Source: Dictyostelium discoideum
Lineage: Eukaryota
NCBI GenBank assembly: GCA_000004695.1
Contig: CM000155.2
Coordinates: 2,976,001 to 3,040,000, forward strand
DNA: 64,000 nucleotides
Direction of reading: 5' to 3'
Shown here: positions 63,220-64,000 of the stretch, piece by piece
Layout of the letters: the number at the start of each line of letters is the position of its first letter
How positions within the stretch are numbered: position 1 is the stretch's first letter
Notes under the pieces: model-generated
The model's database searches: none
Told to the model about the DNA's origin: nothing
What the model saw: only the letters and a program-made list of their open reading frames with translations
Made by a program: the position numbers and the translations under genes

Positions 63220-63816
63220 TTTATTGTAATTTTATTTTACTTTTATTTTAAAAAATATATACACTGAGAAAATATTTTACAAATTATTATTTTTTATTTT
63301 TTATTTTTTATTTTTTTTTGTATAAGCTAAAATTGAATCAAAAATTAATATATAAATAAATTAATATATAAATAAAATAAATAAATAAATAAACAATATG
63401 TACAATGGGTATAAAGAAAAAAAAAAGAAAAAAAAAAATTTAAAAAAGTAAAATTAATATTTTCACACTTGATGCAAAAATATGTAAGGTTGGTTTTGTT
63501 TTTTTTTTTTAATAAAATTTTGATTGACAACAAAAAAATAAAAAAAAATTTTAAAAATAAAAAAAAAAAAAAAAATAAATAAAAAATAAAATAAAAAAAA
63601 AAATAAAAAAAAAAAAAAACAGGGTTTGAAACTGCGATGATTATTTCAAATAAAAACTTTTTTTATTTTTTGGAAAATTTAATTTACCAATATTGACCAT
63701 TTGATATTTTTATTTTTAAATTTTCCTTTTTTTTTTTTTTTATTTTATTTTATTTTATTTTATTTTTATATATTTATTTATTTATTTATTTGCTCGGAGA
63801 TTTATGATTTTTTTTT

Positions 63817-64000
63817 CTAACTCATAATTTGTCTAGCCTTTTCGTATAAGACAAAACAAGCGGCATTTGCAGGTACAGATCTGATGAAACATGGTGTGAA
63901 ACCTTTATAGAAACCTGCGATACCTTGTTGTTTATAAATTTTAGAGGCACAATCGATCATATTTTTATATTTACGTTGAGATTTGACGATGGCATCAGTT
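63817..64000 (-). CDS. mitochondrial carrier family (SLC25) protein, C-terminal fragment (gene continues beyond window end)
   Basis: The minus strand translates to ...[60 protein letters not shown]. This is the third-repeat helix signature of mitochondrial carriers (G.YKG..P...R..P.NAA.F..YE). It is carnitine/ornithine-carrier-like. Confidence 0.6.

Overview
This window looks like Dictyostelium discoideum-type nuclear DNA. It is about 75-80% AT, with long poly(A)/(T) spacers and (CAA)n, (AAT)n and (GAT)n coding microsatellites. Introns are short and AT-rich, open with GTAAGT, GTATGT or GTAAAT and end in AG. tRNA genes carry downstream 'ex-B' boxes. I therefore treated it as eukaryotic; there are no operons or CRISPR arrays. 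The six-frame ORF track misses many genes because they are split by introns. It also appears to use TTG/GTG as start codons in places. I built exon models by hand from homology-guided frame tracking. Splice coordinates can be off by 1-2 nt where homopolymer runs made counting uncertain. Recognisable genes, left to right: a RhoGAP-domain protein; a Vps72/YL1-like protein; exocyst Sec6/EXOC3; a GNAT acetyltransferase; tRNA-Lys(CUU) followed by a retroelement fragment and a 100-N assembly gap; a penta-EF-hand (ALG-2-like) protein; a PhyH-family dioxygenase; a giant coiled-coil protein; a small 4-TM protein; a Rac GTPase (racC-like); an SMPD4-like protein with a polyQ tract; two tandem paralogous genes for small secreted 6-Cys peptides; tRNA-Asp(GUC) with a TRE5-A-type non-LTR retrotransposon upstream (tandem ~199-bp B-modules, ORF1 and a truncated ORF2) plus rearranged TE debris; RPS21; RFC3; Mre11; a TilS-like PP-loop enzyme; a p24/emp24 cargo receptor; a 1225-aa Asn/Ile-rich hypothetical protein; a three-exon gene with an N-terminal B-box-like zinc finger; bacterial-type polyphosphate kinase PPK1 with a eukaryotic N-terminal extension; TMEM147; splicing factor SF1; MOB1; and the 3' end of a mitochondrial carrier gene. 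The most notable items are the tandem Cys-rich peptide gene pair, the tRNA/ex-B/retrotransposon loci, and the bacterial-type enzymes (PPK1, TilS-like, GNAT) embedded in normal eukaryotic gene structure.
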